Source: Macrostomum lignano
Lineage: Eukaryota
Direction of reading: 5' to 3'
NCBI GenBank assembly: GCA_002269645.1
Contig: NIVC01000419.1
Location: 434,001 to 498,000 of the forward strand
DNA: 64,000 nucleotides
In this document: positions 40,079 through 53,516 of the stretch, piece by piece
Position numbering within the stretch: the stretch's first letter is position 1
How the letters are laid out: every line of letters starts with the position of its first letter
The notes under the pieces: generated by a model
Databases searched by the model: none
The model's input: the letters and a program-made list of their open reading frames with translations, nothing else
What the model was told of the DNA's origin: nothing
Program-made: the position numbers and the translations under genes

Positions 40079-40958
40079 ATGATCAGGTGCAAAAAGCCCC
40101 TATTTCTCCTCCTGCTGCTGCCAACTCTGATTAAGTGCAGCGTGGCAGGCGACTTAATAAGCGTCCGAGTTCAAGACAGCTTCAACCTCTCGGCCTACTT
40201 TGGCTCCTACACCCTCTGCGAGGCCGTCAAACTGTGCCACGACATGGGCCAGGGAATCCTGAGTAGAGACGCTCTGAGTGCCATCAGGGCTGGCTCCGAG
40301 TTCAGAGATGCCGTCGGCAATGGACACAATTGGTGGATCGGACTGGTCGATGCTTTGAACGAAAGAAACACATCGCGAGACGGTTGGATGTGGATTGAAG
40401 ACGGCACTTACACAAACGCGACCGAAGGAGGTGCGGAATTCTTACTTTAACCAATGCTTATATGATATTATCTGTAGTGTTAAAATATCCTGAAACGCTT
40501 TTAACGCCTCGTTTTTAGACCCGATTTTCTTTAGCAAAGAGCCAGACAACAGAAAAGGCTCAAACGGAGAAGATTGTGCCGCTATAGACAGCTCTTACAT
40601 TTACGCCTTTGACGACATCTGCGTTAGCAAGTACAACGCCCTCTGCTACACCTCGGACGGTGACACAGTACCACCTGCTTTGATCTCGGGCTCAATTTTC
40701 GTCTCCTTCACTAAAGCGTTAATTCTGACGTACAGTCAGCTACATCCCGGATGCTCGATTGACGTCTCATTACCGAACATGACGCTGTTGGCTTGCCTCG
40801 GAAAATGCCTGGCCATTCCTCACTCGGACTGCGTCGGACTCTACTGGAACTCGGCGAGGCGGCAGTGCATCCTGCTGCCGTACTTTGACGCGGCTGTGCA
40901 GCTGGACTACGGCACCAACGAGGAGAAACTGCTGTGGGAGAAGTTTCTCAAGAAGTGA
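40079..40958 (+). CDS. Secreted C-type lectin domain + PAN/apple domain protein (2 exons)
   Basis: Exon 40079-40430 (signal peptide, EAVKLC, WWIGL...WMW) and exon 40519-40958 (EPDN...EDCAAI...FDDIC...ALC, then CLGKCLAIPHSDCVGLYWNSARRQCILL). The phase-1 GT-AG intron joins in frame. Confidence 0.85.
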
Positions 40959-43900
40959 ATTTGATCGTAAGAATACCGAAAAGAATGTAGCCGTGGAAGG
41001 AAAAGATTGTGATACAACGAAACTTGAAGAGTGCGATATCCGAAATGTAAACTTACGATTAAGAAAAGTCTAAAGTGACAAAATTTAACAATAGCATGTC
41101 TATCAAAATCGCTTGAATCGAATAAATATGCATGTACAGGTCAATTTAATATTTATTAGTTGAGTCCCTCTGAAAAGTTTTGACCATATGCCAATTATGT
41201 CAAATCGGCAAAAATATTGTCACTTTAGCAAAAGCATTAATTTGATCCAATGCTTCAATTTCAAAGTATTGAAATTCAGCAGAAGCAATTTGAACCTTCA
41301 ATGAAAATTTTGACTGGTTCGAAGTTGAAAAATACATGTATACCGGTGAGCGCTAATTGTGACTCCGATTTTAACATCCTTAGAATCACTAGGCTGCACG
41401 ATCGCAGCAGTAGAGTGTGTTAATTACGCTTGATTGATTGTGTACTTACATGTATTCTATAAAGGATTACGTTAAGAAGGCTAGTCGAGCTGCATGTACC
41501 GAGGGAGGGGGGTTACATAGCATCTGCATGTAATTCATGTATAATTTATTGCTCAAATGTGAGAGATTCAATTTAGACTACGATCATGAATACTTAGAGA
41601 AAAAAAGACGAACAAAGATTTGAACAGTAAAATCTCTCACGTAGCTCGTATGGGCCGAAAATTTCGCCATAAAAGAATAAATGACAGCATTGAAGAAACG
41701 TCTGTGCACACTCAGAGTGGTGTTAGAGGACGGCGTGTGGCTCTGGCTAAGGAAGGCAAACGAGCCAGAAACCGGTGCGCGGTCTCCGAAACCTGCACGA
41801 GGTTCGACTACCACTTTTATCTCTAGTGTGTTGCACATCATTTTTGGCAGCAATCAAAGATAAAAAGATAGGCCCTCACACTGTATTGAGCTGCTCGACT
41901 GAAGTTTTTTGTAGATGCATACAAAACAGGCATATTAATCATATTCGAATCTTCCATCTATTCCGATCTAATGTGCGAGTATGTACACATGCAGCAAGTT
42001 AGAAATCTGGAAGAAAACTCTGTCGAGCAGGATAAAGGAGAGGTCCATGCAAGTAGCTTAAAGTTGCGCATTTTGAGTTTTGCAGAAAACTTGCAACTTA
42101 TTTAAGTTGTGCGTTTATTAAATAAATAAGTAGATTGTGAGTAGTGAGCTTTGGGACTCTGTTATAATAATGACTCTCGAAAGGAAGGCAAAATATGTTC
42201 ACACTCCGGTGTTACGGTTTATAATCTCCGGGGCTCCGGCCATTTTGAGTCGCCGATCCGCGGGGACTGCAAACGGGCTGTGATCTCTGACCGGAGACTT
42301 TGAGGGGTTTAGGATCGCCTTCGGAGACTAAAAACGGTTATGGGTCTCCGCGATAGGAGATCCGTAACTATTGTGGGATCTCCGGGCATGGTCAGATCTC
42401 CCCATCCGGAGATCCTAAACCAGATTCTGTTGTCCCCCCGGAGATTCTGCATCGTTTGTCGATCTCCGATGCACTAAGGTTTGGTTTAGAATCTCTGGTT
42501 ACAGATCTCCCCGTTTTTATTGAGTCGGAAATTTTAATCTTATTACGAGCATTGTGTATAGTTACCTTCTCTACCCATTTAACAATTTTTATCGAAGCAT
42601 GAATTTTAAATGGTAGTAAAAATGTACTTGTAGAAAGCATTTCTTGAGATGTTTGCCGTTGACACGTCTAGTGAGCCCTGCTCTAATCGATATATACTCA
42701 GCAACATCGAAAAGTCGCCATCAGAGAAGATTCCGTCTTTGGTCGCCACTTTTGAGAGTGCAGGTAAAGTCTCTCAATCTTTGTGAGTGACGCAACTCAG
42801 CTACACCGCGCTCAGCCCGCGCCTTATACGTGGGAGATCAGCCTCCGCTGGGGCCAGGCGCGCCCACTCTGACTGACACTTTTCTCACCACTGACTTGTA
42901 CTCCTCAGTCTGCAGCTAGGCTGGTCTTGCAGCTGTTTTTCACCAGCGGGTGCTTCGCTGACCTCTGCGCCAGCGCGGTCTGTTTAATAATAATAATAAT
43001 AATAAATGGGACTTTGCTTTGAAACAATTTGCATTTATAATTTGCCTATTACGCTTATCTTATTGTTCTTAAAATTAACGGTTAAGGGCAGTCCGGGCGT
43101 ATAGTTTAGTTCATTAATCTCAAATTCGTATCTTTTGCTTGTTTTTACATGGTGTACATAAAACTTAGAAATATTAATATTATGTACACATAAGCTAGCG
43201 AGAGTAAAATGCTGTTGGTAGTCTGTGAGGAAGTTATTCTGAGGTATGCAATCATGTATGCAATAATCATCGGACACAATCGTCTTTACAAACTATTTAT
43301 ATATTTTTCTAACAGCGTCTAATCTGTCTTTGCTTATATGATTTTGTTTTGATGAGGAAGTTTCATAAACCGTATTTAAATGGTTTCTTGGAAAATTTAC
43401 CTATAATGCACCCGACTATTAGTCTATTAGTGCAGCAACACTAGTGGCAGTAGTTATGCATAGTGTCTTGGAATTCGAATAAATCGAGCTAATATTTTTG
43501 GTCGACCTTCCTTTAGTTGACATAAAGCCTACAAATGAAATCAAAACTCAATTAGTCAATAGTATTTTAATTTTTAAATGATAATTGAAGAAAAGCAATG
43601 TAATTTTTAGATTAGGGGGCCTATGCCTAGGCCTAGGCTAGCCTAGTTAGAAATTAAAATAATATAAGATTATTAGATAGGAAAATACAGTAATAAAACT
43701 TCTTAATATTACTGTATCACCAGAAAGCTAGTTAGCTAGGGGCCTAGGTATAGCCTGTTGGGTGTTGGCAATATAGGCCAACTATTTTTTTATTCAAGAC
43801 ATTAATATTGCTTTCAAAGCATTTTTATAAATTCTAGTAAATTGATTTTCAATTTTTATCATAACAATTGTTAATTATAGGCCTAGCTTTGGTTAGGCAG

Positions 43901-44869
43901 CTAGGTCTAGGCCTAGCTTGGGGCATAGGCCTACTATTTTTTATTAATTTCTGTTGGTGCAAAGCATTGGCCATTTCATTGTCTTAATGGGAGTATGATG
44001 TTTGCGGGAAGTTTGCTTGCCGAACTTTGCTTGCAGGAATTTTGCTTGCCAAACTTTGCTTGCAGAATTTTGCTTGCCAAAGTTTGCTTGCCGAACTTTG
44101 CTTGCAAGAATTTTGCTTGCCAAACTTTGCTTGCGGAATTTTGCTTGCCAAAGTTTGCTTGCGTAATTTTGCTTGCCAAAGTTTGCTTGCCGAACTTTGC
44201 TTGCAAGAATTTTGCTTGCCAAACTTTGCTTGCGGAATTTTGCTTGCCAAAGTTTGCTTGCGTAATTTTGCTTGCCGAGGTTTCATACATGCGCAACTTC
44301 TGAAATTACGCTGGCCGTGCGACTTAGTTTTCAATAAAAAATGCGACTTACCTATGAAAGAGCCAAGCAAAAACTTTAGGTAAACGGCAGGAGTAACTAT
44401 GACCATATTTTTAAAGCTATATGCCTCGCCAGCTAATTAGTGCTGCGTGCAGATTCCGCGTTTTTAACAGCTAATCAGTATGTCATCTAGTGGCGGCATG
44501 AAGCAATTAGTAAATTGTCAGTACAGTGTAGTGAGCATACTACAAAAGTCATGATTCATGAATGTCCAGAAGTAAGTGAAGTGAATACAGTGTGACCTAT
44601 AGCTCAAGAACGATTCGCTAGACGATTTGGCATGGAAGATGAGAGCCCTGATTCAGATGGCTCATCAGATGCAGAATACGAATCCAGTAGAGATACAAGC
44701 TGTGAAAACCCACAGATTTTTAAACCACTGAATTCTAATTCCCGGAACTATTTTTGCATAGATTCTAAATTTGAAGTCATGCTCAAACAAAAACTTGTTA
44801 ACAGTTAGGAAAAAGGCAAAGATGGGAGTAATGCATGTTAAACTAAGATTTGAGGCCTTTGCAAATTCT

Positions 44870-45545
44870 CTCCATTCCTCAATCTTCTCATCCTCTTTTT
44901 CTTTTCTCTCTCATCCCTTATCCCTTCTCTCTTTCCTCTCCTCTCTCCTCTCTTTCCTCTCCTCTCCTATCTCTTCTGTCTCCTCTCTACATTCTTATCT
45001 CTCCTCTCATCTCTCTCCATTCCACTCTACTCTACTCTCTCATCTTATCTTCCCTCTCGTCTCTCTCCACTCTACTCTCTCATTATCTCTCCTCTCTTTT
45101 CTACTCTCTCATCTCTCCTCTCTTCACTCTCCTCTCATCTCCTCTTTATCCTCTCTTCTCTCATCTACTCTCTCCTCTTTCCTCTTTCCTCTCTTCTGAT
45201 CTTATCCATCATCTTTTCTTTCCTCTTTTTTTTCTCATCTCCTCTTCTCTCTCATCTCTTTTTCTTCCCTCAGCTTTTCTCTCCTCTTCTATCTTTTCTC
45301 CCATCGCATCGCTCGCCTCTCCTCTGTTTGCTTATCTCTAATCTTCTATTCCCTCTACTTTGAAGTAAGAAAATATGCACATATTTTTGCTGAAGATAAG
45401 AGGAGAGAAGAGGGCATTGAGGAGAAAGGGTAGAGAGAAAGGGGGAGAAGAGAGGAGAGTAAAAATGAGAGGAGAGAGAAGAGGGAAAAGGGGGAGAGAG
45501 AGAAGAGGGGAGGCAAGGTAGAGAAGAAGAGAGAGATGAGAGTTG
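44870..45545. repeat. CT-rich tract followed by a GA-rich tract (inverted low complexity)
   Basis: 44870-45340 is pyrimidine-rich and 45400-45545 purine-rich. Confidence 0.85.
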
Positions 45546-45769
45546 AAGAGACACCAACCTTGCTACTCGTAGTTAGGAAGTTTCAAAGAACCCGAGGGGC
45601 GAGGGCCAGATAGAGGGGCTTCGCGAGCCGGAGTTTGCCAACCCCTGCTCCAGAGTTTAAGAAATGACGCGGGCTTCTGATTTCAAAGATCTTGTCTGTG
45701 GTTGAAGGCTTCTATTCTGTTTTTGCTCTCCTGCCACACTTGCACCTACTACCCCCTGATTGCCTCTGA

Positions 45770-46990
45770 TTGTGACTTACTTCCCTCTTATTGCGACTTA
45801 GTTGCTTCTTTTTGCGACTTACCTAATCCTTTTTGCGACTTACTTAATCCTTTTTGCGACTTACCTAATCCTTTTGCGACTTACCTAACCCTTTTGCGAC
45901 TTACCTAATCCTTTTTGCGACTTACTTAATCCTTTTTGCGACTTACTTAATCCTTTTGCGACTTACCTAACCCTTTGCGACTTACCTAACCCTTTGTGAC
46001 TTACCTAATCCTTTTTGCGACTTACCTAATCCTTTTTGCGACTTACCTAATCCTTTTTGCGACTTACTTAATCCTTTTTGCGACTTACTTAATCCTTTTG
46101 CGACTTACCTAACCCTTTGCGACTTACCTAACCCTTTGTGACTTACCTAATCCTTTTTGCGACTTACCTAATCCTTTTTGCGACTTACTTAATCCTTTTT
46201 GCGACTTACCTAATCCTTTTGCGACTTACCTAACCCTTTTGCGACTTACCTAATCCTTTTTGCGACTTACTTAATCCTTTTTGCGACTTACCTAATCCTT
46301 TTTGCGACTTACCTAACCCTTTGTGACTTAGCTAATCCTTTTTGCGACTTACCTAACCCTTTGTGACTTACCTAATCCTTTTTGCGACTTACCTAATCCT
46401 TTTTGCGACTTACTTAATCCTTTTGCGACTTACCTAACCCTTTGTGACTTACCTAATCCTTTTTGCGACTTACCTAATCCTTTTTGCGACTTACCTAATC
46501 CTTTTGCGACTTAGCTGATCCTTTTGCGACTTACCTAACCCTTTTGCGACTTACCTAACCCTTTTGCGACTTACCTAACCCTTTTGCGACTTACCTGATC
46601 CTTTTGCGACTTACCTGATCCTTTTGCGACTTACCTGATCCTTTTGCGACTTACCTGATTCTTTTGCGACTTACCTAATCCTTTTTGCGACTTACCTAAT
46701 CCTTTTTGCGACTTACCTAATCCTTTTTGCGACTTACCTAACCCTTTTGCGACTTACCTAACCCTTTTGCGACTTACCTAACCCTTTTGCGACTTACCTG
46801 ATCCTTTTGCGACTTACCTGATCCTTTTGCGACTTACCTGATCCTTTTGCGACTTACCTGATTCTTTTTGCGACTTACCTAATCCTTTTTGCGACTTACC
46901 TAATCCTTTTTGCGACTTACCTAACCCTTTTGCGACTTACCTGATTCCTGTTGCGACTTACCTGATCCTTTTTGCGACTTACCTGATTAT
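45770..46990. repeat. 20-21-bp minisatellite TTTTGCGACTTACCTAATCCT inside the nested transposon
   Basis: About 58 copies. The core TGCGACTTA also occurs at 44318, 44342 and ~47124. Confidence 0.95.
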
Positions 46991-49900
46991 TTTTACAACT
47001 TAGTTTGCTTCTTTTGCGAATTGTTTTTCTTTTGCTTCACGATTTTCCCTGAACTGCTCTTTCTTTCGCTTTCCTCTTGCTTTTCTTGGTTCTTGTGTTT
47101 TTCTGTTTTTGGTTGACTCAATTTTGCGACTTACCCCTGGTCAGCCACGATTTACGGTGGCCGGATCGGCCAGGTCGGCCAGCAGTTGCGCATGTATGCG
47201 AGGTTTGCTTGCCGAACTTTGCTTGCGCAATTTTGCTTGCCGAGGTTTGCTTGCCGAACTTTGCTTGCAGAATTTTGCTTGCCAAACTTTGCTTGCCAAA
47301 ATTTGCTTGCCAAATTTTGCCTGCCGAAGTCTGCTTGCCGAACTTTGCTTGTGGAATTTTGCTTGCCGAAGTTTGCTTGCTGAACTTTGCTTGCAGGAAA
47401 TTTGCTTGCAAGAATTTTGCTTGCCAAAGTTTGCTTGCGGAATTTTGCTTGCCGAAATTTGCTTGCGGAATTTTGATGTCTGCTTCCTAAAAATTCGCAA
47501 TCACAATTGCAAGGTTTTAACTTGCCGAATTATTTTCTTGTTTGCTTGCTTGTTTGATGGCTTGTGAAGTTGGTAAGTCAATTATTACATACTACAGTTG
47601 CTTTGCAAGTGGATTCTTATCAGCGTTGACATAAACTGACTTGACACTAAGCTTTCAAACTAGGATTATAGAGTTTCATTCTAAGAATTAGTATATACGA
47701 CTCGTATAATGATTAGAGATTCAATATAGGTAGTTAGAGATCAGTAATAGTATAAATCTTTTTAGTTCCTGATTTCAGCACTGAGCAGGATAATAATTGT
47801 AGTGATGCTAATGAATGCATATACTAATATTAATTGTATAAAAATGTAAACGAACTTGGACTAGCGGATTTGCACAAGTACTAGTAGTAGTATACTTGTC
47901 ACCAAGGAACGAAAGCTAAAATAGAACCCAAAGTTCCGTGGAGGTAACGAGCGTTACATTATTATACAAGTTATTATAAAATCGTTTTGTTTTTACATGC
48001 ACTTTTTATATGCACTCTTTATGTTCAGCATTAATCCCGCAATGCAAAAATACACTACTTTTATTCTAGTATGTTTTTAAAGTACAAACAGAATGGAAAA
48101 CAAAGACATACATATATAAGTCGCTATTGGACAAAACAGTAGTCATGTTACTGCTCTCAGCCAATAGCAACTTACATGCGTGTGTTGCCAATAGAAATGG
48201 CCGGGTGAATCCCAAGGTTGTGCCCAAGCATGTATCTACCTAGGCTAGTATTTTAATTGTGTCACAACAGCTATATTATCTTATATTTAGTAAATCATAT
48301 ATTATTAGAATCAATGTTCAAATTAACAAAAATAGTAATGAATTGAGTTTACATTTGGCATACATGGTGTATGTGGGATCAAACAATAGACAAAATCGAT
48401 TTGTCTAATTTAAGCAATGTTGGTATAACAAATGTTATACTGTTATGTTAACCATAACTATATGTTAACCAGGCCTGATATAAAATTAACATCGTTTTGA
48501 TGTCTTCAAGCATGTTTCCTTTAAAAGTGACAAATTAATCATCATTGTTTTCAATCAATTACTTTATGGCAAAGTAATGCTAACAAAGACTAAGTAAATA
48601 TACATATTTTTATACTATTATACTTGCATTTTTATTATACTATCACTATTAGTTTGTAATTATAAGCAGAGCGTCAGTAGCGGATCTAGAAAATTTTGAA
48701 TGGGGGGGGCAGACTACTAAGGCACATATATATTCATATCATGTACAAGTATATGTACATGATAATGTGTATCTTCCATATAAAAAATCAAAAAAATAAA
48801 AAAATCTGCTATTGCAGAGCGTTGGGTATCCTAACGAGTCAACAATTCACAGATCGGTGGTATATGCTATATATAGAAAATCTATTCTGTACATTTTGCT
48901 GCCTAAATCATTCGACATGTATTGTTGTCCAATTTTTGTTGAAATATATTTCCAGTAAAAAACCTGAATTATTCCATTTCTGCATTACGGCTTTTGAAAT
49001 CTGCCATATTCTCATACAAAATGAAAATTAGAAATAAAAGAGCTCAAAAATTGGTTCTTTACGGTTCCGCTAAAAAAACTTTGGATAGCGAACCTTGATC
49101 AGCAAGCTAATTTCCTGCAAGCAAAGTTCGGCAAGCAAATTTCCTGCAAGCAAAATTTGGCAAGCAAATTTCCTGCAAGCAAAGTTCAGCAAGCAAAGTT
49201 TGGCAGGCAAAATTCCACAAGCAAACTTCGGCAAGCTTATGTGCAACAAGCAAATTTCCTGCAAGCAAAATTCGGCAAGCAAACTTTGGCAAGCAAACTT
49301 CGGCAAGCAAAATTCCGCAAACAAAGCTCGGCAAGCAAACTTTGGCAAGCAAAATTCCACAAGCAAAGTTCAGCAACCAAACCTCGGCAAGCAAAATTCC
49401 GCAAGCAAACTTCGGCAAGCAAAGTTCGACAAGCAAAGCTCGGCAAGCAAACTTCGGCAAGCAAAATTCCGCAAACAAAGCTCGGCAAGCAAACTTTGGC
49501 AAGCAAAATTCCGCAAGCAAAGCTTGGCAAGCAAAGATTGGCAAGCAAACTTTGGCAAGCAAAATTCCGCAAGCAAAGCTCGGCAAGCAAAATTCCACAA
49601 GCAAAGTTCGGCAAGCAAACCTCGGCAAGCAAAATTCCGCAAGCAAACTTCGGCAAGCAAAATTCCACAAGCAAAAGTCCCGCAAGCAAACTTCGGCAAG
49701 CAAACTTCTCGCAAGCAAATTTCATAGACCCATCCTAATCCTAACCTAAATATTAATAATTTATAGTATTGAGTCACTTATCTATGAAAGATGTTTCATT
49801 TAAAACAAAAAATGATTATATATATAGCACCTATATGTGGCTATTATACTAAATGATTACAAAAATAATTGAGGCATAAAACTATTAAGTGTTTTGTATA

Positions 49901-50646
49901 CTGGTTTTGCATTGATTGTTTTCTGTATGGAAAAGAAAGAGAGTGAGACTTGAATAATTGTGTACTAGGGTATTGTATATTTATATTTGTGTTAGGCCTA
50001 ATAGAACATTCCAGAATCTAGAAAGATTGAAAAGTTTATTTTCAAGTATTCTAGTTTTTAAGCTTGTATGCCTAATAAAGCATTTACAGAAATGTTTAAG
50101 CATATTGATTTTCTGCTATAAATATTATAAGCAAGAAAGATAAATAATAAACCAAATTGTCTACTAAAAAGGTATTTTATGCAATTTATTGTTTATTGTT
50201 TCAATGCAAAAAAGCTCATTTATTGTTGCAATATTGGCCTAGATTTGAGAGTATAGTAATTTTTGGCATGAAATTGTAACTATTCAATTTTTGTTTTGGC
50301 ATGCACCTAACGATCTAGACCATGGATATGAATATATTTGCATAGTAATAAACAAATGTTTTCATATGGTATTCTAGCTCTAAAGTTAGGACTAGGCCTA
50401 TATATTAGGAACTAGCAAAAACTGTGCATGTTTTTATTTTTTGAAGTTTTATATCTTAGCATATACTGCTTCTAAACTGACTAAACTATAGAAATTGTAG
50501 AAAATTATAGTAAATTATAAAAAAAGAGCTATATAGTTACTATGTTTTGGGCAATGTTAGACTTGGGTATCAAAATATTTATTACTAATTTTATATTTAG
50601 GAATGTGCAAACTTTTTGTATAGTATAGCTAGGTTCAGTTTAGTCC

Positions 50647-53348
50647 TTGAAGTTGTTTAGATTTAGTACATTTAGATTGTCTTTTAAGGTTTAGAATTTG
50701 AAAGTGAATAAAAGTATTTATTAACTTTACCTATATATTGCCCTCAATTCTACATTATTAAATTAAGCATATGATTAGGTAATATAATACATAGTTACTC
50801 TTGCCTGGCACATGACCAAGATAGCCATATACCAAGATGGCCATAGATCTAAATGTTCAAATATATAATAATAAGCCTAAGTCTATATATTTCACTCATT
50901 TCCTAGTGATAGTAATTAGGGAGATTACTATAACCTAAGGATGCTATGGATGCTATAGATGCTACTAAAGAGATGCTATAATGGAATTGTATTATATAAT
51001 CATTCCCTTTGGCTTTAGCTTTTATTGTAGCCTAACCTATATATATTCATCCACTATATAAAGCAATTAGCTAATAATTAGCTAATAATAAGCTAGTATA
51101 TGCTAATATAAGCTAATATAAGCTAATATTAGCTCAAATTTTATTAAGAGTGACAGCATCTTAGATTTGAAAAATTTTCTCTTTGATTTTTCTTGCAATT
51201 TAGTATAGAAAAAAAGCTTTCCCATTTTGGATTTCAAAAAATATTTTGATTTTTGTATTTTAAATGATAAAAGCAATACATTTTGATAAAACTGAGAATT
51301 CCATGAGTGACAGAGATTTCTTCCTAACATGTTTGCTCTATATGTACTGTCAATAGTATCTTAGACATTTATATGTTTAAAGCCAGAAAGCATTATAAGT
51401 AATATCAAGCTTTATAGCCTAGGATATCAGATATCTATTGTAATATCTCTCTTTGAACATTGGCATCTCAGCAACTTATTACTTCAGTTTCGTATAGCAT
51501 CGTCTCTAGGCGGTCAGGATTCGTCTAGTTTTAATTCTTCTTTGTCACAAGCTTCACCTTCCTGGCAGATTTCGCACCTGTCAATCAGTTTGAGACCGTC
51601 ATCGGCTACCAATGGCAGGCGTCGGCACACATTGTCGTTGCGAGGTTTCGATGGAGCCTGTCTAGACGCTATGTCAGCTGATTCTAGCGGACGTTGTCCC
51701 ATTACTAGGCAACCGTTGCTATGGTTACTATTGGATCAGAGGGTGTGGCTAGCAACCAGTTTGTGCCTTATGGGCCTGTGCTTAGTTGTAGGCCTGGCCG
51801 CTTCTCTGCTGCTGTCTCGAAGGAAAGGATCCGGGACGAGGGTCCAAAGACGCGGCAGGAACGGTGGCGACGTGAGTCTGGGGGACTGGGGCTGGCTGAG
51901 CTGATTTTGAAAGTCATAGGTTGGCTTGAGATGATTTTGAAAGTCATAGGGTGGCTTGAGATGATTTTGAAAGTCATAGGGTGGCTTCAGATGATTTTGA
52001 AAGTCATAGGGTGGCTTCAGATGATTTTGAAAGTCATAGGGTGGCTTCAGATGATTTTGAAAGTCATAGGGTGGCTTGAGATGATTTTGAAAGTCATAGG
52101 GTGGCTTGAGATGATTTTGAAAGTCATAGGTTGGTTGAGATGATTTTGAAAGTCAGGGTGGCTTGGGATGATTTTGAAAGTCATAGGTTGGCTTGAGATG
52201 ATTTTGAAAGTCATAGGTTGGTTGAGATGATTTTGAAAGTCATAGGGTGGTTTGGGATGCTTTTGAAAGTCATAGGGTGGCTTGGGATGATTTTGAAAGT
52301 CATAGGTTGGTTGAGATGATTTTGAAAGTCAGGGTGGCTTGGGATGATTTTGAAAGTCATAGGGTGGCTTGGGATGATTTTGAAAGTCATAGGATGGCTT
52401 GAGATGATTTCGAAAGTCATAGGGTGGCTTGAGATGATTTTGAAAGTCATAGGGAGGCTTGAGATGATTTTGAAAGTCATAGGTTGGCTTGAGATGATTT
52501 TGATTTTGAAGTTGTTTAGATTTAGTACATTTAGATTGTCTTTTAAGGTTTAGAATTTGAAAGTGAATAAAAGTATTTATTAACTTTACCTATATATTGC
52601 CCTCAATTCTACATTATTAAATTAAGCATATGATTAGGTAATATAATACATAGTTACTCTTGCCTGGCACATGACCAAGATAGCCATATACCAAGATGGC
52701 CATAGATCTAAATGTTCAAATATATAATAATAAGCCTAAGTCTATATATTTCACTCATTTCCTAGTGATAGTAATTAGGGAGATTACTATAACCTAAGGA
52801 TGCTATGGATGCTATAGATGCTACTAAAGAGATGCTATAATGGAATTGTATTATATAATCATTCCCTTTGGCTTTAGCTTTTATTGTAGCCTAACCTATA
52901 TATATTCATCCACTATATAAAGCAATTAGCTAATAATTAGCTAATAATAAGCTAGTATATGCTAATATAAGCTAATATAAGCTAATATTAGCTCAAATTT
53001 TATTAAGAGTGACAGCATCTTAGATTTGAAAAATTTTCTCTTTGATTTTTCTTGCAATTTAGTATAGAAAAAAAGCTTTCCCATTTTGGATTTCAAAAAA
53101 TATTTTGATTTTTGTATTTTAAATGATAAAAGCAATACATTTTGATAAAACTGAGAATTCCATGAGTGACAGAGATTTCTTCCTAACATGTTTGCTCTAT
53201 ATGTACTGTCAATAGTATCTTAGACATTTATATGTTTAAAGCCAGAAAGCATTATAAGTAATATCAAGCTTTATAGCCTAGGATATCAGATATCTATTGT
53301 AATATCTCTCTTTGAACATTGGCATCTCAGCAACTTATTACTTCAGTT
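50647..53348 (+). repeat. Local segmental duplication: 50647-51489 = 52506-53348; 51498-52502 = copy of 54437-~55470
   Basis: Near-identical blocks at offsets of 1859 and 2939 bp; identical ORF translations appear twice in the track. Confidence 0.93.
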
Positions 53349-53516
53349 GCAACAATATTGGCTGTAATAAACAGTTTTGATGCTCTGCGAGTTTCCCAAT
53401 GTTAAGTTCTTAGTTGCAAATGTACTTTAACTATCAAAGATCTATACATAAAGATGTATTGTTTCATTTGATTTTTCAGCCAATATTTCCTGTTGGCAGC
53501 CACTAAACCAGTGGCA

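Larger units (their letters stand above)
44284..47198. mobile_element. 2915-bp non-autonomous TIR transposon (probably hAT) nested in the foldback arm
   Basis: Perfect 15-bp TIR CATACATGCGCAACT. Exact 8-bp TSD CGAGGTTT at 44276-44283 and 47199-47206. No intact transposase. Confidence 0.9.
43987..49733. mobile_element. Foldback-like element with long modular inverted arms of TTTGCTTGC(C/A)-based ~14-bp repeats
   Basis: Left arm 43995-44283 plus 47199-47470 (split by an insertion). Right arm 49095-49725 is in reverse orientation. Outer ends atgggagtatga / tcatagacccat are imperfectly inverted. AT-rich core; no TSD found. Confidence 0.7.

Noticed and set aside
44640-44675. Hammerhead-like CTGATGAG with a GAGCC/GGCTC stem on the minus strand
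   Set aside because: No GAAA after stem II. Other CTGA(T/C/G)GA hits checked (20746, 24380, 42900) also lack the core.
43944-49777. Many overlapping ASK/FAC-rich ORFs
   Set aside because: Translations of the TTTGCTTGC repeat arms in both orientations.
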